In this document: in pieces, positions 20,074 to 29,961 of the stretch | Layout: the number at the start of each line of letters is the position of its first letter | Numbering within the stretch: position 1 is the stretch's first letter | Translations under genes and position numbers: made by a program | From: Acidobacteriota bacterium | GTDB taxonomy: Bacteria; Acidobacteriota; Vicinamibacteria; Vicinamibacterales; UBA2999 | NCBI GenBank assembly: GCA_020851835.1 | Contig: JADZBZ010000214.1 | Location: forward strand, 1-57,246 | Direction of reading: 5' to 3' | Length of the DNA: 57,246 nucleotides | The notes under the pieces: model-generated | Databases searched by the model: none | The model's input: only the letters and a program-made list of their open reading frames with translations | Told to the model about the DNA's origin: nothing

Positions 20074-20369
20074 CGCGGATAGCCGGCGACATCATCTCGT
20101 GGGACCGGTGCTGTCGGTGGTGGCGGGGCACCACGCTTGGGCGAGGCCAGGCCTCCGGCCAACCCGCACACGAGCGTGCACCGTCCCGTGCCGGGGGGCT
20201 GGCGTACGCGGACAGGACCAACGACGGCGCACGCGTTACCAGGACGGGTCGTCGCGCGGGAGCGGCGGCGCCCGCGCCGGGCGCGGGGCCGGCACCCCCG
20301 CCGGCAACCCCAGGTGCCGCAGGATCCGCGCCGTCACCGTGCCCGCCTCCAGCAACGCCAGCAGCCGCA

Positions 20370-20551
20370 GTGCCCCGCCACAGGCTTCGGCGAAGCTGTC
20401 GCAGGCCGCCGCGGTCCTGAGCGGCGAGCCGGGCGCGATGACGCTGTGCTACCTGCAGACGCTCAACGAAATCGCGGCCGAGCAGAACTCGACGATCGTG
20501 TTCCCGCTGCCAATCGACCTGCTGGGCCTGATGCCGGGAGCCAAGCACTGA
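20370..20551 (+). pseudogene. SPFH/band-7 (stomatin/HflC-like) protein, C-terminal ~55 aa only
   Basis: ...LCYLQTLNEIAAEQNSTIVFPLPIDLL... is the conserved stomatin-family C-terminus. No upstream domain. Confidence 0.6.
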
Positions 20552-20638
20552 ACGGGGAGCCGCACGACGCGCTCGAGGCGCTGGTCAGCGGCGCATCCGG
20601 CCGGCCGGTGGCTCCGCCCACGCCGCCGGCCGTGCGGC

Positions 20639-23314
20639 TCACTCGTCCCTGAGCGCCGTCAAGGGATCCACTCGCGCCGCCCGCCGCGCGGGTGCCCAGG
20701 CGGCGACCAGCGCCACCACGAAGATGGCGATGCCAATCCCGCCGACCACCATCGGGTCGCCGGGCCGTACTTCGAAGAGCAGGCTCGACATGACGCCGCC
20801 GAGCGCCGGCGACAGGGCAACGCCGGCGAACGCGCCCAGGGTCAGCGGCCAGGCCGACTGGCGGACGGTGAGCCCCGCCAGCGACGGTCCGGATGCCCCA
20901 AGCGCCAGGCGGACGCCGAATTCGCGCGTGCGCTGCGAGACGAAGTATGCGAGCACGCCGTAGACGCCAAGGCCCGCCAGCACGAGGCCGATGACCGCGA
21001 AGGCGCCCAGCAGGCGGAGTAGCGTCTCCCGCCAGTCGAGGGAGGCGCCGATGACCGCCGCGAGCGGTCTGGCCTGTGCGGCCGGCAGCCCGGGCTCCAC
21101 TCGCCTCAGCGCCTCGCGGAGCGGCCGCTCCAACCCCGCGGCTCCGGTTCGGCTCCGCGCGACGATGGTCATCACCGGCCACGCGGCCTGGGCGTAGGGC
21201 CGGTAGAACTCGCGTTCGGGCGCGGCGTCCAGGCCGAAATGCCGCACGTTGTCGGCGACCCCGACGATGGTCATCCAGGGATTGCCGCTGTCAGCCCCGC
21301 CGACCCGGAAGCGCTGTCCAACCGGTGAGGCGTCCGGCCAGTAGCGCTCCTGCATCGCGCGATTGACGATCGCCACCGGCGCCCCCTCGCGGCGGTCGTG
21401 CTCGTCGAAGTCGCGGCCTTCGACGAGCGGAATCCCGACGGACGCGAAGTACCCGGGGCAGGTCAGTCGGTAGTTGGCGCTGGGCCGCTGTCCGGGTGGC
21501 GGTACGGGCTGCCCGTCGATGGAGATCCCTCGACTCGCATTGGCCCCGGTGAACGGCAGGTGGCTGATCGCGCCCACGCTGGCGAGGCCGGGCAGTTGTC
21601 CCGCTTCGCGAGTCAGGTCGGCACAGAACGTGGGGCGCGCCGGCGGGCCGTAGGTGTCCGTTTGCGGCAGCGACACCTGGAGGGTGAGGACGCCCTCGGG
21701 ATCGAGTCCTGGTTCCACGGCGAGGAGATGCGCCAAGCTCCTGGCCATCAGCCCGGCAGCGCTCAAGACGACCACGACGAGCGCGACCTCGAGCGCGATC
21801 AGCGCGGACCGTGCCCGGGTCGCAACCGCCGTGGCGCCGCGATCCCCGGCCCTCAGGCCGGCCTGCCAGTCGGCGCGCCGAAGCAGGAGCAGCGGCGCCA
21901 GCCCGACGACCACCGCCGTCAGCATCGACAGCAGCACGGCAAAGGCCGCACCGCGCGCGTCGAGCGAGACCGCGACTTCGCCACGCATGGGCAGCTCGCG
22001 GAACCCGGTGGTGAAGATGAGTTCCACCGCCCGGGTGGCGACCCAGGCCCCCGCCACGCCGACCAGGCCCGCCATCGCGGCAAGCACCGCATTCTCGGCC
22101 AGCAGTTGCCTGGCGATCTGCGAGAGCCGCCCGCCGAGCGCCACGCGCACCGCGAACTCGCGCCGTCTCACCAGGGCCTGGCCGAGCTGCAGGTTGACCA
22201 CGTTCACGCAGGCGATGAGCAGGACGAAGAGCGCGGCCCCCAGCACCGCCCGGAGCATCGGGCGGACGCGCAGCAGGCCGAACTCCGACATGCGGGTCGC
22301 CACCGCGGTCTGGTTCGGGCTCGACTCCGGGTACCGCGCCGCGAGCGAACGGCCGACCTGGTCCATCTCGGCCCGCGCCTGCTCGAAGGTGACGCCGGGG
22401 CGCAGCCGGCCGGCCGCGAAGAACGAGTGGGCGCCGCGCTCTTCGTCCTGGGTCGTCAGGGCGATGGGGATCCAGACACCCGTCCGGCGATCGGGAAATG
22501 CGAAGCCCGCTGGCATCACGCCGACAACGTCGTAGGGGAGGCCGTTGAGGCGGATGGAACGGCCCACGACGTCGGGCGCGCCGCCAAAGTGCGCGTGCCA
22601 GACCCGATCGCTGATGACGGCCACGTGCCGGTCCTGCTCCTCGTCGGCGGTGAACACGCGCCCGAGGGCGGGCGCCGCGCGCAGGACGTCGAAGAGGCTC
22701 GCCGTGGTCCGGAGACCGGGCACCTGCTCCGGCTCCTCCCGGGCGGACACGTTGAGCGTGATGTGCTCCCACAGCGCCAGGGTCTCGAAGCTCTTCGCCT
22801 CCCTGGTCCAGTCCTGGTAGTTGGGTGCCGAGACGATGTAGGGATTGGCCGCGTTGTCGGCGTTGGCGTCCCACAGCAGCACGAGGCGATCGGGTTCGGA
22901 GAACGGCAGCGGACCGAGCAGCATGGCGTCGAACACGCTGAAGACGGCGGTGCTCAGGCCGACGCCGAGGCCCAGGGTCCCAATCACGAGCGCCGAGAAC
23001 GCGGGCCGCAGCCAGACGAGTCGAACCGCCTGCCGCAGGTCGCCCATCGCGCCGGCGCCCCTGGCACCCGCCGGGGTCAGAGACGGCGAACGGCGGCGGC
23101 GGCGCACGGCCATCGCGCGCGCCACCGGTTGCATCCGTTCCAGTTCGCGCGCGACGGCCTCGGCCGCTTCTGCCTCGGACCGCCCGGCACGGAGATAGTC
23201 GCGCTCGAGCAGGCCGAGATGGTCGGTGATCTCCTCGATGACCTCGCGGTGATCGCCGGGCGGCAGCCCCTCCGCCGCGAGTCGCTCGGTTACCCGCGCC
23301 CGCCAGTCAGGCAT
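20639..23314 (-). CDS. ADOP-family permease (duplicated MacB/FtsX)
   Basis: 891 aa. Same architecture as 5403..8132. Ends ALRDE. Overlaps the upstream PadR stop. Confidence 0.85.
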   Translation of the reverse strand: MPDWRARVTERLAAEGLPPGDHREVIEEITDHLGLLERDYLRAGRSEAEAAEAVARELERMQPVARAMAVRRRRRSPSLTPAGARGAGAMGDLRQAVRLVWLRPAFSALVIGTLGLGVGLSTAVFSVFDAMLLGPLPFSEPDRLVLLWDANADNAANPYIVSAPNYQDWTREAKSFETLALWEHITLNVSAREEPEQVPGLRTTASLFDVLRAAPALGRVFTADEEQDRHVAVISDRVWHAHFGGAPDVVGRSIRLNGLPYDVVGVMPAGFAFPDRRTGVWIPIALTTQDEERGAHSFFAAGRLRPGVTFEQARAEMDQVGRSLAARYPESSPNQTAVATRMSEFGLLRVRPMLRAVLGAALFVLLIACVNVVNLQLGQALVRRREFAVRVALGGRLSQIARQLLAENAVLAAMAGLVGVAGAWVATRAVELIFTTGFRELPMRGEVAVSLDARGAAFAVLLSMLTAVVVGLAPLLLLRRADWQAGLRAGDRGATAVATRARSALIALEVALVVVVLSAAGLMARSLAHLLAVEPGLDPEGVLTLQVSLPQTDTYGPPARPTFCADLTREAGQLPGLASVGAISHLPFTGANASRGISIDGQPVPPPGQRPSANYRLTCPGYFASVGIPLVEGRDFDEHDRREGAPVAIVNRAMQERYWPDASPVGQRFRVGGADSGNPWMTIVGVADNVRHFGLDAAPEREFYRPYAQAAWPVMTIVARSRTGAAGLERPLREALRRVEPGLPAAQARPLAAVIGASLDWRETLLRLLGAFAVIGLVLAGLGVYGVLAYFVSQRTREFGVRLALGASGPSLAGLTVRQSAWPLTLGAFAGVALSPALGGVMSSLLFEVRPGDPMVVGGIGIAIFVVALVAAWAPARRAARVDPLTALRDE

Positions 23315-23651
23315 GGCCGAGACCCGCCGCCTTGGTCAGTGCCGTCACGAACGCCGCCCACCGGTTCCGCTGGGCCTTGAGCACCCGCTGCCCCGCGCCG
23401 GTCAGACGGTAGGCGCGGCGTCGGCGCTGTCCGGCCAGCTCCACCCAGCGCCCCACGATCCAGCCGCGGTCCTCCAGCTTGTAGAGCAGCGGGTACAGCG
23501 AAGCGACGTGGAAGACCAGCAGACCGTCGGACCGCCGGGCGATGACGCGCGCGATGTCGTACCCGTGGAGGGGGCCGTCCTCGAGCGCGGAGAGGATCAG
23601 CAGTTCGGCGCTCCCCTTTCGGGCGGCCGACTCGGCGATAGGGTCTCCCAT
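23307..23651 (-). CDS. PadR-family transcriptional regulator
   Basis: LLILSALEDGPLHGYDIARVI...ASLYPLLYKLEDRGWI. Confidence 0.85.
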   Translation of the reverse strand: MGDPIAESAARKGSAELLILSALEDGPLHGYDIARVIARRSDGLLVFHVASLYPLLYKLEDRGWIVGRWVELAGQRRRRAYRLTGAGQRVLKAQRNRWAAFVTALTKAAGLGHA

Positions 23652-23660
23652 ATATGGGAG
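23645..23660. promoter_or_regulatory. Perfect 16-bp palindrome CTCCCATATATGGGAG (putative PadR operator) followed by an AT-rich stretch
   Basis: Direct reading. Overlaps the PadR start codon. Adjacent TTATATATATCA is an AT island. Confidence 0.55.
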
Positions 23661-23818
23661 TTATATATATCATGGCCCGCGTCAACGCGCTGGCCGGGAC
23701 AGGACTTCGCGCACGGGAGCCGGGTGGGGGATGGCCGGCGGCGCCAGCGTGGAAGGCGACGGCGATCGATCCCTCGGACGCGCTGCGCGTGGACTGACCG
23801 ACGCCCCGGCCCGCCCCG

Positions 23819-24664
23819 TCAGGAGGCGGCGTGCTCGAGGATCGACGTCAGCACCGCGGCCGTGCCACGCAGCGGCAGGTTGCTGAGGTAGAAATGACGT
23901 GCCCCGAGCGCCCGCAGAGCGCGGAGCGTCCGGGCGCAGATCTCCACCGGTGTCGCGCCGGATTCGAACTCGGCGACGAGCGCCTCGACCGGGACCGGCA
24001 GGAACTGGCTCAGCATCCGCAGCGTCTTCTCGTTGGCGCTCCGGTAGTAGAACACGCCGAACACGCCGGGGAGGCTCAGGCCCTGGCGAGTCCCTCCGGC
24101 CAGGAAGGCCTCCACCGCACGGGCCTGGTGGTGCGAGACGATTTGCGTGAGGTAGAAGTCGGCGTTCACCCTCGGGTCCAGGAGGAACCGTGCCTGGCCG
24201 GCTGGGTCGGCCACGGGGTTGGCCCAGCCGCCCAGCTCCAGCGCGGGATGCCGCCGCCGGATGGTCTCGCGGAGTTGCCACGCGTGTTCCACGATCCGCG
24301 GACGGCCGACGTGCTTGTCGCCGCCGAGCACGACCAGCGACGGGAACCCGTGGTGAACGGCCTGGTCGGCATAGGCCTGGCAGTACTTCATCGAGTGCTT
24401 CGCCGTGAGGAACGGGATGATGCGCGACCGCGGCACCGCCTCGCCGAGGTTGGTGATGAGGTGGCGCAGGTTGTTCTCCTCCTGGGCGCCCACGGCGCTG
24501 TCGGTGAGCATCACGCGGACGTCGTGGCGCGTGAAGGCCCGGATCGCGTGATAGCTGTCGATCCACGCGTCGATGCCGGCGCTCGATTCCAGCTCGGCCC
24601 GCGGCGGACGCAGCTCGACGGCGATGACGTCGTCGCGGCCGCGCAGATCCTGAAGGAAGCTCAC
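23819..24664 (-). CDS. Methylenetetrahydrofolate reductase-like protein
   Basis: 281 aa. Overall resemblance to the MTHFR (MetF-like) TIM-barrel family. Call is from memory of the family, not a search. Confidence 0.55.
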   Translation of the reverse strand: MSFLQDLRGRDDVIAVELRPPRAELESSAGIDAWIDSYHAIRAFTRHDVRVMLTDSAVGAQEENNLRHLITNLGEAVPRSRIIPFLTAKHSMKYCQAYADQAVHHGFPSLVVLGGDKHVGRPRIVEHAWQLRETIRRRHPALELGGWANPVADPAGQARFLLDPRVNADFYLTQIVSHHQARAVEAFLAGGTRQGLSLPGVFGVFYYRSANEKTLRMLSQFLPVPVEALVAEFESGATPVEICARTLRALRALGARHFYLSNLPLRGTAAVLTSILEHAAS

Positions 24665-24699
24665 GGGGTGGTGTCGCCGGGGCGCCCACGCCGGCGCTG

Positions 24700-24846
24700 C
24701 TATTTCCGCTCGTTCAGTTTGTAGTCGGCGGGCGGCGCGAACAGGCTGTCGGACAACGCACCGGCCTCTACCGATTGCACGGTGCTCGTCATCGACATGC
24801 CGCCCATCTTGGCCATGATGGCCGCCAGGGTGCCCGAAGGTTAACG
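24700..24846 (-). pseudogene. C-terminal ~45 aa fragment of a DUF4412-like protein
   Basis: ...[26 protein letters not shown] resembles the C-terminus of DUF4412 proteins. Its upstream end abuts or overlaps the partial repeat. Confidence 0.35.
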
Positions 24847-24890
24847 GAACGGCCCTTCTCAGACCTGCTCGTTCCTAGCGACTATCGTCT
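24830..24890 (+). repeat. Partial, diverged 3' portion of the junction repeat
   Basis: ...ACCTGC-TCGTTCcTAGCGACTATCGTC shares the invariant right end. The preceding GGTTAACGGAACGGCCCTTCTCAGACC resembles the hairpin region of copy 19990..20073 but is inverted relative to the terminus. Confidence 0.6.
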
Positions 24891-25324
24891 GCAGGTGGTC
24901 TACAACATCTTCGACCAGGCGCCGGAAGATGAGCTGTTCCCGGTGTGCCGGGATCTCAATGTCGCGGTCATTGCGCGCGTGCCGTTCGACGAGGGCACGC
25001 TCACGGGCAAGCTGACTGTGGACAGCAGCTGGCCGGAGGGTGACTTCCGCAACGCCTATTTCACTCCTGACAACCTGCGCGAGAGCGTGCGTCGCGCGGG
25101 AGGCGCTCCGCCCGCTGGTGCCGCCGGGCATGACGATGGCGGAGATGGCGCTACGGTGGATTCTGTCGAACCCCGACGTGAGCGTGGTGATTCCCGGCAT
25201 GCGCAAGGCGCAGCACGTGGAGGCAAACCTGGCCGCAAGTGATGCCGGGCCGCTTCCGGCCGAGCTGCTGGACCAGCTTCGAGCCCATCGCTGGGATCGC
25301 CGGCCTGCGGCCAAGTCTGACTAG
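24891..25324 (+). pseudogene. Aldo/keto reductase, C-terminal half, frameshifted (5'-truncated at the partial repeat)
   Basis: ...[41 protein letters not shown]... then a frame change near 25090 to ...[32 protein letters not shown]... Confidence 0.65.
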
Positions 25325-25327
25325 GCT

Positions 25328-25376
25328 GGGGTCTGGCACGATCGGGGCGATTTTGACGCAGTTCTTGCGTCCCGCC
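25328..25376 (+). repeat. 49-nt direct repeat A (contains hairpin GACGCAG-TTC-TTGCGTC)
   Basis: 41/49 identical to 27817..27865. Lies just 3' of the 25453..27648 gene. Confidence 0.8.
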
Positions 25377-25452
25377 CGCAGAACGGGCACGTCGGCCTCG
25401 CCGAGGTGCCCGGGCGACAGGGCGGTCGACGCCGCGTGCGGCCGGGGACCAA

Positions 25453-27648
25453 TCACTGGACGACGACGGCGATGTCATTCGTTGGTACGCCCGCGCCCAC
25501 GGCGTTCACCGCATGCACGCGCACGTAATAGATGCCAGGTGGAACCCCAGCGAACACCGCGCTGGTGGCGGCGCCGGCCGTGTGCACCTGTGCAATGTTG
25601 GACAAACCCGGTGCGGAGCCCGCCCGCACCAGATGACTCGTTGCATCGCCATCAGCCGGAGGCAGCCACGAGAGCGTCACCGTGGAGCCGGAGACGCTGC
25701 TTGTGAGGTTGCCAGGCATCGCCGGCGGCGACGCCACCCCTCCGGCGTTCACGAGAGTATCTATCGGCGGGGGCCCGAGGCCGGCAGGCGTCAGCGCCCG
25801 CGCGCGGACGAAGTAGTTCCCCGGCGGAACCGCGCACACCGTCAACGCCCGGCTGTTGAGGCCAATCGTCGCGATGTCGGTGAGCCCCGGCGCCGACCCC
25901 GCTTCCAAGACATATCCCGTCACCGCCGCCGCCGGATATGGCGCGCTCCAGGTAAGCGTAAGCCGCGAACCGCTCATCCATGCTTGTGGATTACCGGGGA
26001 CAGGCAGTCGCGGACCCGTTGCAGGCAGCACCTCGACGACGATCTCCTCCGAGGCAGGCCCCGTGCCATAGGCGTTCACACCCCGAACCCGGACGAAATA
26101 GCGCCCGACCGGCACGCCACCGACATGGAAACCGCGCTCATTGGACGTCAGACTGACGGCGGTTGTCCCTGGGCTGAAGCCGGCCTCCACGACGTAGGAG
26201 GTGGCGACGCCACCCCCTGAGGGCCCGAACCAGTACACCCAGACCGTGGCGTCTTCAACGGACCACCCAGGCGCGTCCGGCGCCGCGGGGGGCACGTCGC
26301 TGCGCAGCAGGAAGCCCACGCCAGTCGTGTGCGTGCCAGCCGTCACGACGATAGGCGTGCCGCCGGTGACGGCAGCTTCCGGTGTGCAGATCTCACCGGC
26401 GCATGGGACGTCATCGTAGACTTCGTGGCGGACGTACCCGTCTCTCGAGAACGCGTAATACGTCCCCGGGGGCAGGGCCGTGGACTGGTATTCGCCCGTA
26501 GAAGGCTCCGCCTTTCCGACCTCCACGGGCACGCCGGCTTCGAGGCGCCAGATACTCACGTAGGTCGAACCCAGCGACTGCCCTGTCTGCGCGTTGCGAA
26601 CGACTCCGCGGATCGTGCCGCCAAGGTCGAGGGCAAAGTTGACGCCGGTAGTCTCCGTCCCGAGCAACACCGGGATGGGAGTGCCTCTCGCAAAGTCGCA
26701 CGACCGCAGGGGACATTGAACTCCGCCGAACAGCTCCGAGACGAAGGGAACCTCAGGTGGAGCTTCGGCCATCGCCACGTACTCACCCCCGGCCATCCCA
26801 GTGAACCTGTAGGCACCCGAGGCGTTGGTCAACGCCGCGCCGGCCCATTCGAGACCGCCGGGCACCTTTGCATAGGCGAGCACTGTCGCGAAGGCGATCG
26901 GGAGTCCGGATGTTCCGTCGGTGACGATGCCCGTGAGGCGCCCCGCCGCGTCCAGTGCAAAGTCACGGTTTGCGACGGTCGCGCCCAACGTGACGTCGAT
27001 GGGGGTGCCGAGGATCGCATCGTGCCAGTCGCACACGCGCGGGCAGGATATGTTGTCGAAGACCTCATTCACGTAGTCCACCTGATTGGTGGTCTGCGCG
27101 TAGTAGCGGCCGGCCGGCAGGCCCGGGATGACGTAGCCGCCAGAGGCGCTGGTGTCGGCGAACCCCACTTCAACTGGCAAGCCAGTGACCATGGAAATAG
27201 CCTGCACCCGAACGCCCGGCAATGGCGCGCCGCCCGACGAGGTGACGGTCCCTTCGATCCGTCCGCCGCGATCGAGATCGAAGTCGGCAACCACCGTGGC
27301 GGACGGGACCAGCGCCAGCGGGGTGCCACTCTGGGTGGCGAGCCATTCCTGGCACGCGCCGTTACAAAGGATGTCGCCGTGGATCTCATTCGTGTAGCTG
27401 GTCCCCGACGAGGTGTTCCTGGTGAACACCCGGTAGGTGCCGGCGCTTCCGGTAAAGACGTAAGCGCCGTCGGCATTCGTCAGGCGAGGCGTGCACGCCC
27501 CGGACTCGGGGCAAATCATCACCTCGATGGTCACCGGCTCCCGCGTGGCAGCGTCGCGGACCCTGCCGGTAATGGTACCCACCTGGGCGAGTGCGGAGGT
27601 TGGAATGAGGACAGCAAGGATGCCGAAGGCGAGTGCGCGGAGAGCCAT
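25453..27648 (-). CDS. Secreted protein with repeated carboxypeptidase-regulatory-like (Ig-like) domains and C-terminal fibronectin-III-like repeats
   Basis: Signal peptide MALRALAFGILAVLIPTSALAQ. Repeated G.I.G.V......P.....V motifs. Three FN3-like repeats end ...VRV.AVNA.G.GP.S. Confidence 0.7.
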   Translation of the reverse strand: MALRALAFGILAVLIPTSALAQVGTITGRVRDAATREPVTIEVMICPESGACTPRLTNADGAYVFTGSAGTYRVFTRNTSSGTSYTNEIHGDILCNGACQEWLATQSGTPLALVPSATVVADFDLDRGGRIEGTVTSSGGAPLPGVRVQAISMVTGLPVEVGFADTSASGGYVIPGLPAGRYYAQTTNQVDYVNEVFDNISCPRVCDWHDAILGTPIDVTLGATVANRDFALDAAGRLTGIVTDGTSGLPIAFATVLAYAKVPGGLEWAGAALTNASGAYRFTGMAGGEYVAMAEAPPEVPFVSELFGGVQCPLRSCDFARGTPIPVLLGTETTGVNFALDLGGTIRGVVRNAQTGQSLGSTYVSIWRLEAGVPVEVGKAEPSTGEYQSTALPPGTYYAFSRDGYVRHEVYDDVPCAGEICTPEAAVTGGTPIVVTAGTHTTGVGFLLRSDVPPAAPDAPGWSVEDATVWVYWFGPSGGGVATSYVVEAGFSPGTTAVSLTSNERGFHVGGVPVGRYFVRVRGVNAYGTGPASEEIVVEVLPATGPRLPVPGNPQAWMSGSRLTLTWSAPYPAAAVTGYVLEAGSAPGLTDIATIGLNSRALTVCAVPPGNYFVRARALTPAGLGPPPIDTLVNAGGVASPPAMPGNLTSSVSGSTVTLSWLPPADGDATSHLVRAGSAPGLSNIAQVHTAGAATSAVFAGVPPGIYYVRVHAVNAVGAGVPTNDIAVVVQ

Positions 27649-27816
27649 GACGAGCCTTCCTCTGCCTGTGCCCCGAACGCAGGCTGGGTTCAGGCTTTGC
27701 GGGTCCGCTTCGGGTGCGGCGGAACAGGGCTGTGGCCGCGAGCGTACCTGATGGGGACCTCCGGGCCGTTACGCTCGAGAACGAAGCGGCACCTGAGCCA
27801 TCGTAGCACCTCTGCC

Positions 27817-27865
27817 GGGGCCTGGCACGAGCGGGCCGTTTTTGACGCAGTTCCTGCGTACTGCC
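27817..27865 (+). repeat. 49-nt direct repeat B
   Basis: 41/49 identical to 25328..25376. Lies ~170 nt 5' of the 25453..27648 gene start and at the broken 3' end of the D-aminoacylase remnant. Confidence 0.8.
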
Positions 27866-27894
27866 GGCCTTTGCCTTATCTCGTCCCCCGATAC

Positions 27895-28865
27895 CCAGGC
27901 CCGCGCAGCGCACGACATCGGCGAAGGCGCCGGGCCGGACCACTCCTCTGTCCCAAAGGCGCATCCCCTGGGCAGGGAGTGAGGTCATCTTGCGAACGGC
28001 CTCCTTCAGCGTGAGCAGCCGCTCCTCACGCACATACTTGCCGAGAATCCGCGCCGCGGACCCCCACGCGCGTGGGTGGACGCCGGCCGTCGGCGGCGGG
28101 CTGTCCGGCGCCATGCCTCCCGAGTCGGTGCCGCGCATCACCAATGGATGTCTCAGCGCCGCCTTCACATCGTCCTCGTTCATGAAGAACATCACACCGC
28201 TGCCGGTGGTGTCGTCCTGGCCGATGATGTCCATGAGGACGTCGAGCGGATCCTTCTGCTCCGCCTTGGCGATGTCGTCGAGCGTGCGGCCCTGATACTT
28301 CTTCAGTTCCGTGCGGCTGACGGCGGAGACGAGGTTGCCGGCGGCGCCGCCCGACCCGACGTACTGGTTCTCCCAGGCGGTGGACGGCGTCAGAATCTCC
28401 GCCTTGATCTTCGCGCGTCGCTGGATCGGTCAGCCGCTTGACCATGGCGTCGCGACCGCCTTCCCGCGCCCACACCGGCAGGCTTGAGTCTAGCGGGTTG
28501 CTGCCGGCGACGTACGGGTACTGGTCCGCGGCGATATCGAGGCCGTCCTGCCGCGCCCGTTCGATGCGCTGCAGCACCGCGGGCATGCGGCCCCAGGTCT
28601 GCTTGTAGGCGGTCTTGAGGTGATGGATGGTGGCCGGCACGCCAGCCTCGCGCGCGATGCGGAAGACCTCGTCCAGGCTCTGCTCGATCTCGTCGGCCTC
28701 GGAGCGCTGGTGGGTGATGTCGCTGCCGCCGAACCGTCCGGCGACCTTCGCCAGTGCCACCAGTTCGTCGGTGCGCGCGAAGCGGTCTGGCTGCCCGCCG
28801 CATGAGTCGATACACCCTGCACAGCGCGGCCGCGTGACGGGCCAGCCCGAGGCGTGTCCCGCCAT
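27895..28865 (-). pseudogene. N-acyl-D-amino-acid deacylase (D-aminoacylase) remnant, truncated at both ends and frameshifted
   Basis: ...TDELVALAKVAGRFGG...GVPATIHHLK...DQYPYVAGSN... then another frame ...FFMNEDDVKAALRHPLVMRGTDSGG...HPRAWGSAARILGKYVRE...MTSLPAQ... Confidence 0.7.
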
Positions 28866-28900
28866 CTCGAAACGTGCGCCGCCATGGCATCAGCACCAAC

Positions 28901-29023
28901 CCTCCGGGCGGTGCGGGTGGTCATCGGCGCTGTGGCGCGGGCAAATCCTGACGAATCAGGCCGTGCCAGCGTCTGATAACGTTGACTCCGTTACCTGCGG
29001 ACCCGTTCATAGCGACTATCGTC
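28901..29023 (+). repeat. Junction repeat, copy 5 (mosaic long-form variant)
   Basis: 28967..29023 (57 nt) is identical to core positions 40..96. 28901..28966 aligns to the long-form 5' part at only ~65% by eye (e.g. GGTCATCGGCGCTGTGGCG vs GGTCATCCGCCCTGTGGCG). Confidence 0.85.
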
Positions 29024-29065
29024 TCGCCGGCGCTGGGTGGCTGCTGCAGCACTACGACCACTTGA

Positions 29066-29647
29066 AGGATACGCCGACCGGGTTCGTCGCCGATTGGCCG
29101 GTTCATGAATCGCCAATCCATTGTCGTTGCCACAAATGCTGCCAACCCATCGGACCTCGTGCCGCTGATCCGAACGGAACTGCAGCAACTCGATCCCCTG
29201 GTGCCTATCGAGGTTTCGTTCCTGCCACAGGTGGTGTCCGACTCACTGAGCCGGCAGCGGCTCGGGATGTTGTTGATGGTGCTGTTCGGCACAGTCGCGC
29301 TGCTGCTGGCTGCGATCGGCGTCTATGGTGTGTTCGCCTACGCAACGTCACAACGCAGTCGCGAAGTCGCGATCCGGCTCGCCATCGGCGCGACGCCCGC
29401 GGAAGTGTTCCGCCACACCTTCGTGCGCGGGCAACTCATGGCCGTGGTCGGAGTACTCGGTGGGGTGATCCTGGCATACGCCGCCGGACGGGTGCTCACA
29501 GGCTCGCTCTATCAGATTCGAGCCGCCGACCCTCTCGTGCTGATCGCGTCGACGGCTATCGTGGCGGCTGTCGCCGCGCTGGCGACGGCGTTGCCGGCGC
29601 GTCGCGTCGCCCGGGCCGATCCGTGCGTGACCCTCAGGGACGAATAG
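29066..29647 (+). pseudogene. ADOP-family permease, C-terminal ~190 aa only (last FtsX module)
   Basis: ...SQRSREVAIRLAIGATPAEVF...RADPCVTLRDE* equals the terminal module of the intact ADOP genes. No upstream part. Confidence 0.75.
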
Positions 29648-29724
29648 CGGCCCCGTCGACGACCGACTCACTGCCATCGAGATGGCGCAGCCTGGGTGCG
29701 GACGGGGGACGACCGCCGGCAGAT

Positions 29725-29961
29725 TCAAGCTGGTACAGCTTCACGCATCGGTCGAGTGCTCGGTGGCGGTAGATCCTTGCCCGCACGCTGAAGTTGTTCG
29801 ACTTCCTCAATGACCAGCTCGCGAAGTTGACGGTATGCGTCCTCCTCCGCGCCGGCATGACAGACACCACCCCATGGAAACAGGTCCGGGCAATAGCCGA
29901 CGTACGCGCCGTCCTCCTCATGCCAGCGAACGAACTTCAGATACCGATCCTCCGGTTTCAT
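29725..29961 (-). CDS. hicB: HicB-family antitoxin
   Basis: YLKFVRWHEEDGAYVGYCPDLFPWGGVCHAGAEEDAYRQLRELV is an N-terminal HicB fold motif. Overlaps hicA. Confidence 0.75.
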   Translation of the reverse strand: MKPEDRYLKFVRWHEEDGAYVGYCPDLFPWGGVCHAGAEEDAYRQLRELVIEEVEQLQRAGKDLPPPSTRPMREAVPA

